DNA of 64,000 nt from an uncultured Actinomycetes bacterium (GCA_963780745.1 CAWACT010000007.1:32909-96908); one strand, 5' to 3'; counted from the first letter of the stretch, positions 1 to 10,040 are shown. Notes: generated by a model not told the origin, from the letters alone. Program-made: numbers and translations.

Positions 1-821
1 CGGACGAGACCACGAAGGTGAGTTTGTCTTTCCCGCGGAGCGCGCCGACACCAATCACCGCCCCTAGGACCAGCGCCGGGTTCTCGGCGACGGGTACCTC
101 CGACGCGGCGGCGCCGGCCATCGCCGCCGCCGAGGCGCGGATCCGCTCGGCGTCCGACCCGATGAGCGCCGCAGGGAGCAGCCCGAAGGGGGTGAGCGCC
201 GAGTAACGGCCGCCGACGTCAGAGGGCGTCGAGACCACCGCGGCGAACCCGCGCTCCTCCGCCATTCGCCGCAACGGCGTCCCTGGGTCGGTGACCGCCA
301 CGAAATGCGACCCTGGGTCGGCCGACACCTGGGACACGACATCCCAGAAGAAGTGGAAGAACGACAGGGTCTCGAGCGTGGTCCCCGACTTCGACGACAC
401 CAGGAACCAGGTGCGACCGGGGTCGATGGTGTCGACGCACGGACCGGACCGCCCCTGGATGGGTCGAATCGAGGACCAAGAGAGTGGGCCTCCCCGGGCC
501 GCTCCCGACCACCCGGGAGAACACCTCGGGCGCCAGGCTGGAGCCCCCCATCCCCAAGAGGACCACATGGCGCACGGCCTCGGCGCCGGCGCGAGCCGCG
601 AGCTCGGCCAGGGCAGGGTCTGGCTCGGCCGTTGCCAGGTCGAGCCATCCGAGCCGGTCGGTGAGCTCGGGAGGGAAGGGCTCAGGTGACCACAGCGTGG
701 GGTCCTTCTCCCAGAGCCGACGGCCGAATTCGGCTCGTTCCCACTCGGCCAACTGCGCATCCACCGCCGGCGCCAGGTCACCCAGAGCGAGCGTCTGTGC
801 TGGGATCGAGGTGGCCGACAC
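1..821 (-). pseudogene. pgi: glucose-6-phosphate isomerase, N-terminal part (3' end lies beyond window start); apparent frameshift near 430-445
   Basis: ORF 219..821 reads WEKDPTLWSPEP...VVLLGMGGSSLAPEVF...LVLDSTHPGAV, then runs off-frame. A third minus frame continues IDPGRTWFLVSSKSGTTLETLSFFHFFWD...HFVAVTDPG, which is canonical PGI. Confidence 0.75.
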
Positions 822-895
822 TGTCGGTGACGCTACTCGCGGCGACGGATTGCCGGGGAGCGGCCGGTGGACCCCGGAGGCGTCGTCTCAGTTGG

Positions 896-955
896 CCTTT
901 CGCGTCAATACGGCGTCAATATCGGTCGCTTCGGCGTCAAGATCGCATCAATGGA
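896..955. promoter_or_regulatory. array of four GCGTCAA-type 7-mers (902, 913, 934, 945) phased 11/21/11 bp in the pgi/kimA divergent intergenic region; candidate response-regulator operator
   Basis: Direct repeats read directly: gcgtcaatacg / gcgtcaatatcg / gcgtcaagatcg / gcatcaatgg. The 11-mer cgtcaagatcg (935-945) recurs in the kdp promoter at 12076-12086 on the minus strand. Confidence 0.4.
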
Positions 956-1066
956 CCTGGAAGACGGGCGATGCGGCCCAACATTGTCGTGATGAGTCCC
1001 CTGGTGGCTTCCGGGCGTCTATGGAAGCCCCCCAGCGCCCCTGCCCGACCACGATCCGGGTAGTCC

Positions 1067-3390
1067 TTGGTTCGCTGGGCGATCTTCAAGAGGTCGGTGA
1101 TCGGACGGCCGCTTGCGTCGGACGAGCTGCACGAGCAGCTTCTCCCCAAGAGGCTGGCGCTTCCCGTATTCGCCTCTGACCCCCTCTCCTCGGTGGCCTA
1201 TGCCACCGAGGAGTCGATGCTCGTCCTCGCCCTGGCCGGAGCGGCCGCCTTCGCCTACCTCACCCCGGTCTCGCTGGCGATCGCCCTACTCCTTCTCATC
1301 GTGATCATCTCCTACCGCCAGACGATCCGCGCCTACCCGGACGGCGGCGGCGCCTTCATCGTCGCCCACGACAATCTCGGGCTGCAGCCGGCGATGGTGG
1401 CGGCTGCGGCGCTGCTGACCGATTACACGCTCACCGTCTCGGTATCGGTCGCCGCCGGCGTGGCCGCCATCTCCTCGGCGTTCCCAGCAATCAGCGACTG
1501 GAGGGTCGAGATCGCGGTGGGGCTGGTCATCCTGCTCACCCTGGCCAACCTCCGTGGCGTCAAGGAATCGAGCACGCTCTTCGCCATCCCGACGTACGCC
1601 TTTGTCGTCACCGTGTTCGTGATGCTGGTCACCGGGTTCGTCGAGTGCATCGACGGGGAGTGCCCCAAGGCGATCTCGGCTGGGACCGAGGTAGTGCCCG
1701 AGGTGGCTGCGGTCAGCTTGTTCCTCATCCTGCGGGCCTTCGCCTCGGGTTCGACCGCCCTCACCGGGGTGGAGGCCATCGCCAACGGGGTGCCGGCCTT
1801 CCGCGAGCCGAGGGCGCACAACGCGGCCTCCACGTTGGCGGTCATGGGTGCCATCTCGATCACGATGTTCCTCGGGATCAGCACCTTGGCGCGGCTCTTC
1901 GACGTACGCATCACCGAGGAGACCGTTGACGAGTTCGGCACAGTTCTGTCTCAGATCGGTCGGGCCGCCTTCAACGAAGGGCTCGGGTTCTGGATCCTCC
2001 AGGTGGTCACCGCCGGGATCCTCATCCTGGCGGCCAACACCGCCTACCAGGATTTCCCGCGCCTCTCGGCGATCCTGGCGCGGCACAAGCTCATGCCCCG
2101 CCAATTCCGCAACCTGGGCGACCGTCTCGTCTTCTCCAACGGCGTGATCGCCCTCGCCGCCATCGCCTCGCTGCTGATCATCGTCTTCGACGCCGAGGTG
2201 ACCCGGCTCATCCAGCTATACGTGATCGGCGTCTTCATCAGCTTCACGTTGAGCCAGGCGGGGATGGTTCGTCACTGGCTGCGCATCCGCGAGTCGGGAT
2301 GGCGCCGGTCGGTGGTGATAAACGCCATCGGCGCCGTCACCACCGGGGTGGTGCTGGTGGTCACCGCTACGGTGAAGTTCTCCGGAGGCGCCTGGATCGT
2401 GCTGGTCGCCATCCCGCTGCTCGTGATGCTGATGGCATCGATCCGCCGCCACTACCTCAACGTGGCTGACCAGCTCCGCCACGTCCCCACTGCGCCACCG
2501 TTCCCGGGCCGGAACCGGGCGATCGTGCTCGTCTCCCGTCTTGGCGAGGCGACCAGACGTGCCGTGGCCTACGCCGAGTTGATCGGCGCCGAGACGGTGA
2601 CCGCGGTCCACATTCGCGAGCCACGGGATGAGGAACTGGTCGAGACGTGGAGCCATCTCTTCCCCGGCCTGCCACTGACCCTCGTCCAGCCCGACAAGGA
2701 TCGCACCTACCGGACGCTGCGCAGCCTGATCCGGGCGGAGCGACAGAGCCATCCCGATGCCTTCACCACCGTCATCGTCCCCGAGTTGATCCGGAGCCGG
2801 AGCGTCTGGGCGGTGCTGGCCAGCCCCCACGCCCTCGTGGTCAAGCTGCTCCTCCTCTTCGAGCGGGGCGTGGTGGTCACCGATCTGACCCAGCAGCGGC
2901 GGCCGGTCGATCGCACCCTGGTGCTGGCGCCGACCCTCGAGCGACAGGAAGCGGTGATCCTCATAAGCGAGGTCACCCAGCCGGCCCGCCAGGCCATCGG
3001 CTACTCGCAGCTGCTCTCAAACACAACCGTGCGGGCGGTCCACCTCGACATCGACGAGGAGCAGCGCAACCGGGTCCTCCGCAAATGGGATCTCGACCTC
3101 GGCAGCCTCGAGGTGGTGGAGAGCCCGTACCGGGGGATCGTGAGGCCGATACTGCGCTACGTGCGCCACCTGAGGCGCGCTGCCGGCCCCGAGACACTGA
3201 TCAACGTCGTCATACCCGAGTTCATCGTTCCCGGCTGGCTCTCCCAGTTCCTCCACAACCAGACTGCGTTCGCCATCAAGGCGACACTGCTCTTCGAGCC
3301 AGGAGTGTCCGTCTCGAGCGTTCCTTGGCACCTCGGCCGCGGGGAACGGCGACCGTCGGGCCGGCGCGCCCAAGGCGGGCGAGTCCACCG
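1067..3390 (+). CDS. kimA: KimA-family (APC superfamily) K+ uptake transporter with a tandemly duplicated C-terminal cytoplasmic domain; true 3' end uncertain because the ORF has no stop until 4060
   Basis: Motifs match B. subtilis KimA/YdaO-type transporters: LSSVAYATEE, SYRQTIRAYPDGGGAFIV, LLTDYTLTVSVSVAAG, GSTALTGVEAIANGVPAF, AANTAYQDFPRLSAILARHKLMPRQF, GDRLVFSNG. After TM12 the cytoplasmic domain occurs twice (…AIVLVSRLGE… and …VLAPTLERQEAVILISEV…VIPEFIVPGWLSQFLHNQTAFAIKATLLFEPG). Confidence 0.7.
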
Positions 3391-3400
3391 GAGCGCTGAT

Positions 3401-4141
3401 CTATCGGCGACTCTCGTTGGTCAATGCGGTGGCCGCTTGACCGGCCAGCAGTACCGCGATGACCTGCTGGTCGAAGTCCACCGTGCCGCCGGGCCGCGGC
3501 TCGAGGACGAAGCGTCCCAGCGACGTATCCTGGTACCGGACCGGCAGGTCGAGACCTCCAGGGGGGAGCTCGAAACCGGTGCGGCGGGCCACCAGGACAC
3601 CGGACGAGCCGAGCAGGCCGTCGGTGCCGAGGACGGCACGGGATCCATCAGGCTCACCGGGCTCGAAGCGGGCATCGCGCAACTCGAGCTCGGCGACCAG
3701 GGCGGCCCGGACCGCCTCGACGACCTCTTGGGCATTCGCCCCGGCCAGCACCAGCTTGGACACGTCGTTGAGCCGCTGGAGCTCGGCGTGGTGGGCCCGC
3801 CCCTTGCGCCGCTCCCCCTCGAAGAACTGCGCCAGCTCACCCACGACCAGTCCGATGACCACCAACAGCAGGGTCGTGATGAGGTCTTCGCGCGAGTCGA
3901 TGTCGAGGCTCAGGTAGGGCTGGGTGTGGAAGAAGTTGAAGGAGAGCCCGGCCACCACAGCGGTCACAACACCGGCGACGCGTCCCCCGGCAGCCGCGGC
4001 AGCAACGACGACCGCCAACAGGATCAGCGCCACGTTGGTGTTGCCCATCCAGTCGCGTAGCGGTCCAAGCGCCATCGCAATGAGTAGGACCGCGATCCCA
4101 CCCCCGGCGGCCGCCAGCCAGTCGACACGATCCTGTCTCAT
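3401..4141 (-). CDS. DUF4118 (KdpD-type membrane sensor domain) plus GAF-like domain protein; start overlaps kdpE stop (ATGA)
   Basis: MRQDRVDW...ALILLAVVVAAAAAGGRVAGVVTAVVAGLSFNFFHTQPYLSLDIDSREDLITTLLLVVIGLVVGEL is a DUF4118 signature. A GAF-like C-terminal half follows. The longer ORF to 4372 is an upstream extension into kdpE. Confidence 0.55.
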   Translation of the reverse strand: MRQDRVDWLAAAGGGIAVLLIAMALGPLRDWMGNTNVALILLAVVVAAAAAGGRVAGVVTAVVAGLSFNFFHTQPYLSLDIDSREDLITTLLLVVIGLVVGELAQFFEGERRKGRAHHAELQRLNDVSKLVLAGANAQEVVEAVRAALVAELELRDARFEPGEPDGSRAVLGTDGLLGSSGVLVARRTGFELPPGGLDLPVRYQDTSLGRFVLEPRPGGTVDFDQQVIAVLLAGQAATALTNESRR

Positions 4142-4836
4142 CTCTGCCTCACCTTCCCCGCGTCCGGTTCGAAGCGGTAGCCCATGCCCGGTTCGGTCAC
4201 GAAGTACCGCGGCCGACTGGGGTCGGGCTCGAGCTTGCGCCTGATCTGGGCCATGTAGACCCGGAGGTAGTTGGTCTCCTCCCCGTAGCTGGGACCCCAG
4301 ACATCGTGGAGCAGCTGACGTTGGGTCACCAGCCGCCCGGGGTGGCGGGCGAGCAACTCGACAATGCCCCATTCGGTCGGCGTCAAGCGGACTTCCTCGC
4401 CGTCCCGCTGAACCCTTTTAGCGGCCAGATCTATGACGAAGTCGGCGGTTGTCACCGAGGCCGGCTCGTCGGAGGGCGTGGCTCGTCGCAGCGCCGCCCG
4501 CAATCGAGCGAGCAACTCGCCCATCCCGAACGGCTTGGTCACATAGTCGTCGGCGCCGGCGTCGAGAGCGGCGATCTTGTCCCACTCCCTGTCGCGCACC
4601 GAGAGGACGACGATGGGGACGCTGGTCCACCCGCGCAACCCGCGGATCACCTCTACGCCGTCGATACCGGGTAGCCCCAGGTCGAGGATGACCGCATCGG
4701 GGCGGTGGTTGGCCGCCTCGATCAGCGCCTCCTCGCCGGTAGCGGCAGAGGCGACCTGGTAGCCAATCGCCTTGAGGTTCGTCAGCAGGGCCCGGACGAT
4801 CTGCGGCTCGTCGTCGACGACCAAGACCCTGGTCAC
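4138..4836 (-). CDS. kdpE: OmpR-family response regulator KdpE (GTG start)
   Basis: VLVVDDEPQIVRAL...DAVILDLGLPGIDG receiver domain plus a winged-helix output (LTPTEWGIVELL...YLRVYMAQIRRKLE). It sits immediately downstream of kdpD. Confidence 0.9.
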   Translation of the reverse strand: MTRVLVVDDEPQIVRALLTNLKAIGYQVASAATGEEALIEAANHRPDAVILDLGLPGIDGVEVIRGLRGWTSVPIVVLSVRDREWDKIAALDAGADDYVTKPFGMGELLARLRAALRRATPSDEPASVTTADFVIDLAAKRVQRDGEEVRLTPTEWGIVELLARHPGRLVTQRQLLHDVWGPSYGEETNYLRVYMAQIRRKLEPDPSRPRYFVTEPGMGYRFEPDAGKVRQR

Positions 4837-4856
4837 GGGCGCCCCGCCTCGCTTTC

Positions 4857-4884
4857 TAGTAGTAAGTACTGAGTACTAAGTACT
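4857..4884. repeat. tandem array of four heptamers (TAGTAGT AAGTACT GAGTACT AAGTACT) in the kdpD-kdpE intergenic spacer; AT-rich in a 70% GC context
   Basis: Read directly. It contains three AGTACT hexamers with 7-bp periodicity. Confidence 0.5.
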
Positions 4885-4888
4885 TCCT

Positions 4889-7390
4889 TCACAGCGCCGC
4901 CTTGATCCCGACCACCATGGTGGTGCCGCCTCCGGGGGTGTCCTCGACTATCAGTTCGTGCCCCATTGCCTCGACAAGCCCCTGGGCGACGGCTAGGCCG
5001 AGGCCGACGCCGGCACCATCGGGGCTGTCGCCCAGCCGCTGGAACGGTTGGAACACCCTGTCCCGATCCGATTCCGGGATGCCCGGACCCCGGTCGGAGA
5101 TCCTGAGGTCCACCCGGCCCGCCACCTCGCCCCCCGTGACCCGAACCGGCTCTCCTTCGGGCGACCAGGAGACGGCGTTCTCCACCAAATTGGCAACGAC
5201 CCGCTCCAAGAGCGCCGGGTCGGTCTGCACGCTCGGCAGCGACTCGGGCACGTCGATCACGAGCCGGGACGCCACCTCGGGCCGCCCGGCGATCGCCGAG
5301 GTGACCACCTCGTCGAGACCGACCACCTGGAAGAACACATGGACCGCCCCGGTCTGGATGCGCGAGGCGTCGAGCAGCTTGCCCACCATGTTGTTGAGCC
5401 GCTCGGTCTCCGAGAGGATCGCCTCGAGGAAGTCGTCCACTTCCTCCTCTGACCAGTCGACGTTGGTCTCCAACAGGCTGGTCACCGACGCCTTGATACC
5501 CGCCAGCGGGGTGCGCAGATCGTGAGAGACCGCGGTGAGCAGCGCCGTCCGCAGCCGGTCGGTCTCTGCCATCGACTGCGCTGCCGCCGCCTCGACCTGG
5601 AGCTTCCGTGTCTCGAGCACCGCTGCGAGCTGGGCGGTGAAAACGTGGAGCACGTGCCAGTCGTCGGCGCCCAGCCTCGACCCGAGCAGGGCTAGCCGGG
5701 TCCCCGACGCCAGCTCGAGGACCTCGCTGGCCAGCTCCGGTGTCGCCGGCACCGGCTCACCTGCGCTCGCCACCACCTCCCACCCCGTGTCGGTTGGGCG
5801 GAGCACGGCCGCCGCCTCCAACTCGAATGTCGCCCTGATCTGGTGGACGAGGTCTTCGAGCGCGTCGCGGTCGAGAGTGATCGAGCCGGCGAGCGTGGCC
5901 AATGCCTCCGCTTCGCGGCGTGCCCTGCTCGCCTCGGCGGCTCGGCGTGACGCCAGCCCGACTAGTCCACCCACGGCGCCGGCCACGATGAGGAAGACGA
6001 TCAGGGTGAAGAGGTTGGCTGGCTCGGCAATGGTGAAGGTCCCGGTCGGCTCGGTGAAGAACCAGTTCGCCAGGAGGAAGGCGATCACCGAGGCGACCAG
6101 CGCCGGGAGGATGCCGCCCACGGCGGCCACCGCCACCGTGACCAGGAGCAACACGAGCAGCTCGGTGTCGAGCCCGGTCTGCTCACTGAACGGGAGCAGC
6201 GCGGCCGTCGCCAAGACGGGGATGATGACCGCCAGCGCCCATCCGGCGATGCGACGGCGGCGAGGAAGACGCGACCTGGGCAGGTTGGGGGTGGCCAGCC
6301 TCCTGCCGGGCAAACCGGGGTGCGAGATGACATGGACATCGATGGGCCCCGAGCGCCTCACCACTTCCAGGATGGGCGAACCGCGCAACAGCTCCTCCCA
6401 CCGGGTCCGGCGCGAAGCCCCCATCACGAGTTGGGTCGCGTTCTCCGCCCGGGCGAATCGGACCAGCGCCTCGCCTACGTCATCCCCCACCACCTCGTGG
6501 TAGGTGCCCCCCAGATCAGTGAGAAGACGACGCTGGCTGGCCAGCTCATCGGCGGCCTGACTCCCCACGGCGAGCCCGTCCTGGGCGCGCACATGTACCC
6601 CGAGCAGTTCGGAGCGGGCCCGCATCGCCATCCGCGCCGCCCGGCGAACCACGTGGTCGCCCCCGACGAGCCCGGCTATGGCGACCACCACCCGTTCCTT
6701 CGTCTCCCATGAGGCGTCGATCCCGTGGGTCTCGCGATATCGCTCCAGCGCCTCGTCCACCCGGTCGGCGGTCCACGACAGCGCAAGCTCGCGCAGCGCC
6801 CCCAGGTTTCCCGGACGGAAAAAGTTGGCGAGGGCGGCGTCGATCCGCTCCGCCGGATAGATCTTCCCGGCCGCCATCCGCTCCCTGATCCCCTCCTGGG
6901 TCAGGTCAACCATCTCGATCTCGTCGGCGCGCCGCACCACTTCGTCAGGGATGGTCTCCCGCTGCACCACACCGGTGATCGCGGTCACCACGTCGTTCAT
7001 CGACTCCAGGTGCTGGATGTTGAGAGTGGTGATCACGTCGATGCCGGCGGCCAATAGCACCTCGACGTCCTCCCACCGCTTGTCGTGGCCCGAGCCGGGC
7101 ACGTTGGTGTGGGCCAGCTCGTCGATCAGGGCGATGTCCGGTTTGCGGCGCAGCACCGCATCGAGGTCCATCTCCTCGAAGGTGTTGCCGCGATAGGTCA
7201 CGGTACGGCGCGGGATCACCTCGAGACCGTCGATGAGCGCTGCCGTGTCGGGTCTCCCGTGCGTCTCGACCAACCCGACCGCCACGTCCAGGCCCTCGAC
7301 GGCGAGCCGGTGCCCCTCCTCGAGCATGGCGTAGGTCTTGCCCACCCCGGGAGCGGCCCCCAGGAACACCCGGAGCTTGCCGCGGGGCAT
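4889..7390 (-). CDS. kdpD: sensor histidine kinase KdpD (KdpD-N P-loop, Usp, DUF4118 TM, GAF, HisKA, HATPase); intact
   Basis: GAAPGVGKTYAML N-terminus, followed by a membrane block, then SHDLRTPLAGI H-box and an HATPase_c tail (DRGPGIP...GLGLAVAQGLVEAMGH). Confidence 0.92.
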   Translation of the reverse strand: MPRGKLRVFLGAAPGVGKTYAMLEEGHRLAVEGLDVAVGLVETHGRPDTAALIDGLEVIPRRTVTYRGNTFEEMDLDAVLRRKPDIALIDELAHTNVPGSGHDKRWEDVEVLLAAGIDVITTLNIQHLESMNDVVTAITGVVQRETIPDEVVRRADEIEMVDLTQEGIRERMAAGKIYPAERIDAALANFFRPGNLGALRELALSWTADRVDEALERYRETHGIDASWETKERVVVAIAGLVGGDHVVRRAARMAMRARSELLGVHVRAQDGLAVGSQAADELASQRRLLTDLGGTYHEVVGDDVGEALVRFARAENATQLVMGASRRTRWEELLRGSPILEVVRRSGPIDVHVISHPGLPGRRLATPNLPRSRLPRRRRIAGWALAVIIPVLATAALLPFSEQTGLDTELLVLLLVTVAVAAVGGILPALVASVIAFLLANWFFTEPTGTFTIAEPANLFTLIVFLIVAGAVGGLVGLASRRAAEASRARREAEALATLAGSITLDRDALEDLVHQIRATFELEAAAVLRPTDTGWEVVASAGEPVPATPELASEVLELASGTRLALLGSRLGADDWHVLHVFTAQLAAVLETRKLQVEAAAAQSMAETDRLRTALLTAVSHDLRTPLAGIKASVTSLLETNVDWSEEEVDDFLEAILSETERLNNMVGKLLDASRIQTGAVHVFFQVVGLDEVVTSAIAGRPEVASRLVIDVPESLPSVQTDPALLERVVANLVENAVSWSPEGEPVRVTGGEVAGRVDLRISDRGPGIPESDRDRVFQPFQRLGDSPDGAGVGLGLAVAQGLVEAMGHELIVEDTPGGGTTMVVGIKAAL

Positions 7391-7392
7391 CA

Positions 7393-7420
7393 GACGGAAG
7401 ACGGAAGACGGAAGACGGAA
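7393..7420. repeat. (GACGGAA)x4 tandem heptamer array filling the kdpC-kdpD intergenic region, ending 2 nt before the kdpD start codon; no Shine-Dalgarno
   Basis: Four perfect copies read directly. On the coding strand the leader is (UUCCGUC)x4. Confidence 0.55.
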
Positions 7421-7424
7421 GGCA

Positions 7425-8009
7425 TCACGGAGAAGTCTCGCGCTGCTCGAGCGACAGGTTGAGCATCAACACGTTCACAGCTGGCTCGTTGAGGAAGCCG
7501 AGCATGGGCGAAACGGTGCTTTCGTCGATGAGGGCCATCACCTCGTCCACCGAGATCCCCCGCTCCTCGGCTACCCGAGTGGCTTGGAGGCGGGCGTTCG
7601 CCACCGATATGTGGGGGTCGAGACCGGAACCCGAGGCGGTGACTGCATCAACGGGAACGGACTCGTCTGGGTCCAGGCCGTTGAGCTGGCGGTAGGCGGC
7701 GATCCGCTCCTCCACCGATGCAAGTAGGTCTTGATTCAGCGGGCCCAGGTTCGATCCGCTGGAGATGGTGGGGTCGTAGCCGTCACCAGCCGCCGAGGGA
7801 CGGGGGTGGAAGAACTCGGGGGCGGTGAAACCCTGGCCGATCAGCTCCGACCCCACCGCTTGTCCGTCCCGCTCCAGAAGCGATCCGCCGGCATGGTCGC
7901 CAAAGAGCAGCTGGCCGGCACCGGTAACGGCGAGGGTGTAGGCGAAGCCGGTCACCACAGTCATGACGAGGAGCATCAGGATCGAAGGAAGCAGTTGGCG
8001 CCGCATCAC
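7425..8009 (-). CDS. kdpC: K+-transporting ATPase subunit KdpC
   Basis: N-terminal TM helix, then motifs [38 protein letters not shown], typical of KdpC. Confidence 0.9.
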   Translation of the reverse strand: MMRRQLLPSILMLLVMTVVTGFAYTLAVTGAGQLLFGDHAGGSLLERDGQAVGSELIGQGFTAPEFFHPRPSAAGDGYDPTISSGSNLGPLNQDLLASVEERIAAYRQLNGLDPDESVPVDAVTASGSGLDPHISVANARLQATRVAEERGISVDEVMALIDESTVSPMLGFLNEPAVNVLMLNLSLEQRETSP

Positions 8010-10040
8010 ACCAGTCCAATCGCAGTTATGACCACATCAATGAGCTTGATCCCCACGAACGGGATCAGGAGCCCGCCCACGCCATAGACGAGCACGTTGC
8101 GCCGCAAGATCGCCGGGGCACCTGCCGCCCGGAAACGGACCCCGCGCAGGGCCAGCGGAATCAGGGCGACGATGATCAGGGCGTTGAAGATGACCGCCGA
8201 GAGGATCGCCGACTCGGGCGACTCGAGCTGCATGATGTTGATCCGGTCGAGCACGGGGAACACCGCGGCGAACATCGCCGGGATGATGGCGAAGTACTTG
8301 GCCACGTCGTTGGCTATGGAGAAGGTGGTCAGCGACCCACGGGTGATGAGAAGCTGCTTTCCGATCTCGACGATCTCGAGCAGCTTGGTCGGGTTGGAGT
8401 CGAGATCCACCATGTTCCCCGCCTCCTTGGCCGCCTGGGTGCCGGTGTTCATGGCAACCCCCACGTCGGCCTGAGCCAAGGCCGGTGCGTCGTTGGTGCC
8501 GTCACCGGTCATCGCCACCAGCCGGCCCCCAACCTGCTCGCGCCGGATCAGGTCCATCTTGTCCTCGGGCTTGGCTTCGGCCAGGAAGTCATCCACTCCC
8601 GCCTCGTTGGCGATGGCGGCAGCCGTCAGCGGGTTGTCACCGGTGATCATCACCGTGCGGATGCCCATCCTCCGCAGCTCGTCGAAACGCTCCCGGATGC
8701 CCTGTTTGACGATGTCCCTGAGCACGACGATGCCGAGCACCCGGGCACCGTCGGCGACCACCAGCGGGGTGGCGCCCTGCGAGGCGACGTCCGACACGGC
8801 GGTGCTCACCTCCGGCGAGAAGAAACCGCCCGTTGGACTCGACCCAGGCGCCAACCGAGTCGGCGGCGCCCTTGCGGATGCTGCGGCCGTCGGTGTCGAC
8901 CCCGCTCATCCGAGTCTGGGCGGTGAATGGGATGAGGGTCGATCCGCGCAACTCCCGGCCCCGGAGCCCGAACGCGCTCCTTGGCGAGCACGACGATGGA
9001 GCGGCCCTCGGGTGTCTCGTCGGCCAAGCTCGCCAACTGCGCCGCCTCGGCCAACTCGGCCTCGGTGACGCCGGGCGCCGGGATCAACTCCCGGGCCTGG
9101 CGGTCTCCGAGGGTGATGGTGCCGGTCTTGTCGAGCAGCAGCGTGGAGCAGTCACCCGCCGCCTCCACCGCCCGGCCGCTCATCGCCAGCACGTTGGCCT
9201 GGACCAGACGGTCCATCCCGGCGATACCTATGGCGGAGAGCAGGGCGCCGATCGTGGTCGGGATGAGGCAGACCAGCAGCGCCACCAGCACCACGATCTC
9301 CTGCTCGCCACCCGAATAGATGGCGAACGGCTGCAGGCGTCACCACCGCCAGCAGGAAGATGATGGTGAGCCCGGCGAGCAGGATGTTGAGGGCGATCTC
9401 GTTTGGCGTCTTCTGCCGCTCGGCACCCTCCACCAGGGCGATCATCCGGTCGAGGAAGGTCTGGCCGGGCCGGGCAGTGATCCGCACCACCAGCTCGTCG
9501 GAGAGCACCCGGGTGCCACCGGTCACCGCAGAGCGGTCGCCGCCCGATTCACGGATCACCGGTGCCGACTCACCGGTGATGGCCGACTCGTCAACCGAGG
9601 CAACCCCTTCGATCACTTCCCCGTCGCTGGGGATGACCTCTCCGGCCGAGACCACCACGATGTCGTCGAGATCGAGCGCCGTGGCCGCCACCACCTCGAT
9701 GGACCCGTCGGGGTTGCGGCGGTTGGCCGTGGTCTGGGTCCGCGTCCGTCGCAGCGAGTCGGCCTGGGCCTTCCCCCGTCCCTCTGCCATCGCCTCGGCG
9801 AAGTTGGCGAAGAGGACGGTGAACCAGAGCCAGAGCACCACCTGGCCGGCGAACGAGTTCTCGGCGCCGGTCGGCCGAGCCGAGGTCGCGCAACCAGATG
9901 ATGGTGGTGAGCACCGCCCCGACCTCGACGACCAGCATCACCGGGTTGCGCACCATGTGGCGCGGGTCGAGTTTGCGGAAGGCGTCTCCCGCGGCTCGGC
10001 GCATGATCGCCGGGTCGAAACGTCGTACGGCGCGTGCCAT
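8006..10040 (-). pseudogene. kdpB: K+-transporting P-type ATPase subunit KdpB, interrupted by about 4 frameshifts (near 9855, 9320, 8965, 8840)
   Basis: Five ORF fragments in different frames match E. coli KdpB colinearly: [21 protein letters not shown]; [43 protein letters not shown]; [41 protein letters not shown]; [14 protein letters not shown]; [43 protein letters not shown]. Confidence 0.85.

Noticed and set aside
3390-4060. Downstream 670 nt of the 997-aa ORF 1067..4060
   Set aside because: The protein-like signal ends with the KimA C-terminal motif near 3340. The remainder is Arg/Gly-rich and reads antisense through the DUF4118 gene. This is open frame caused by high GC, probably with a lost stop.
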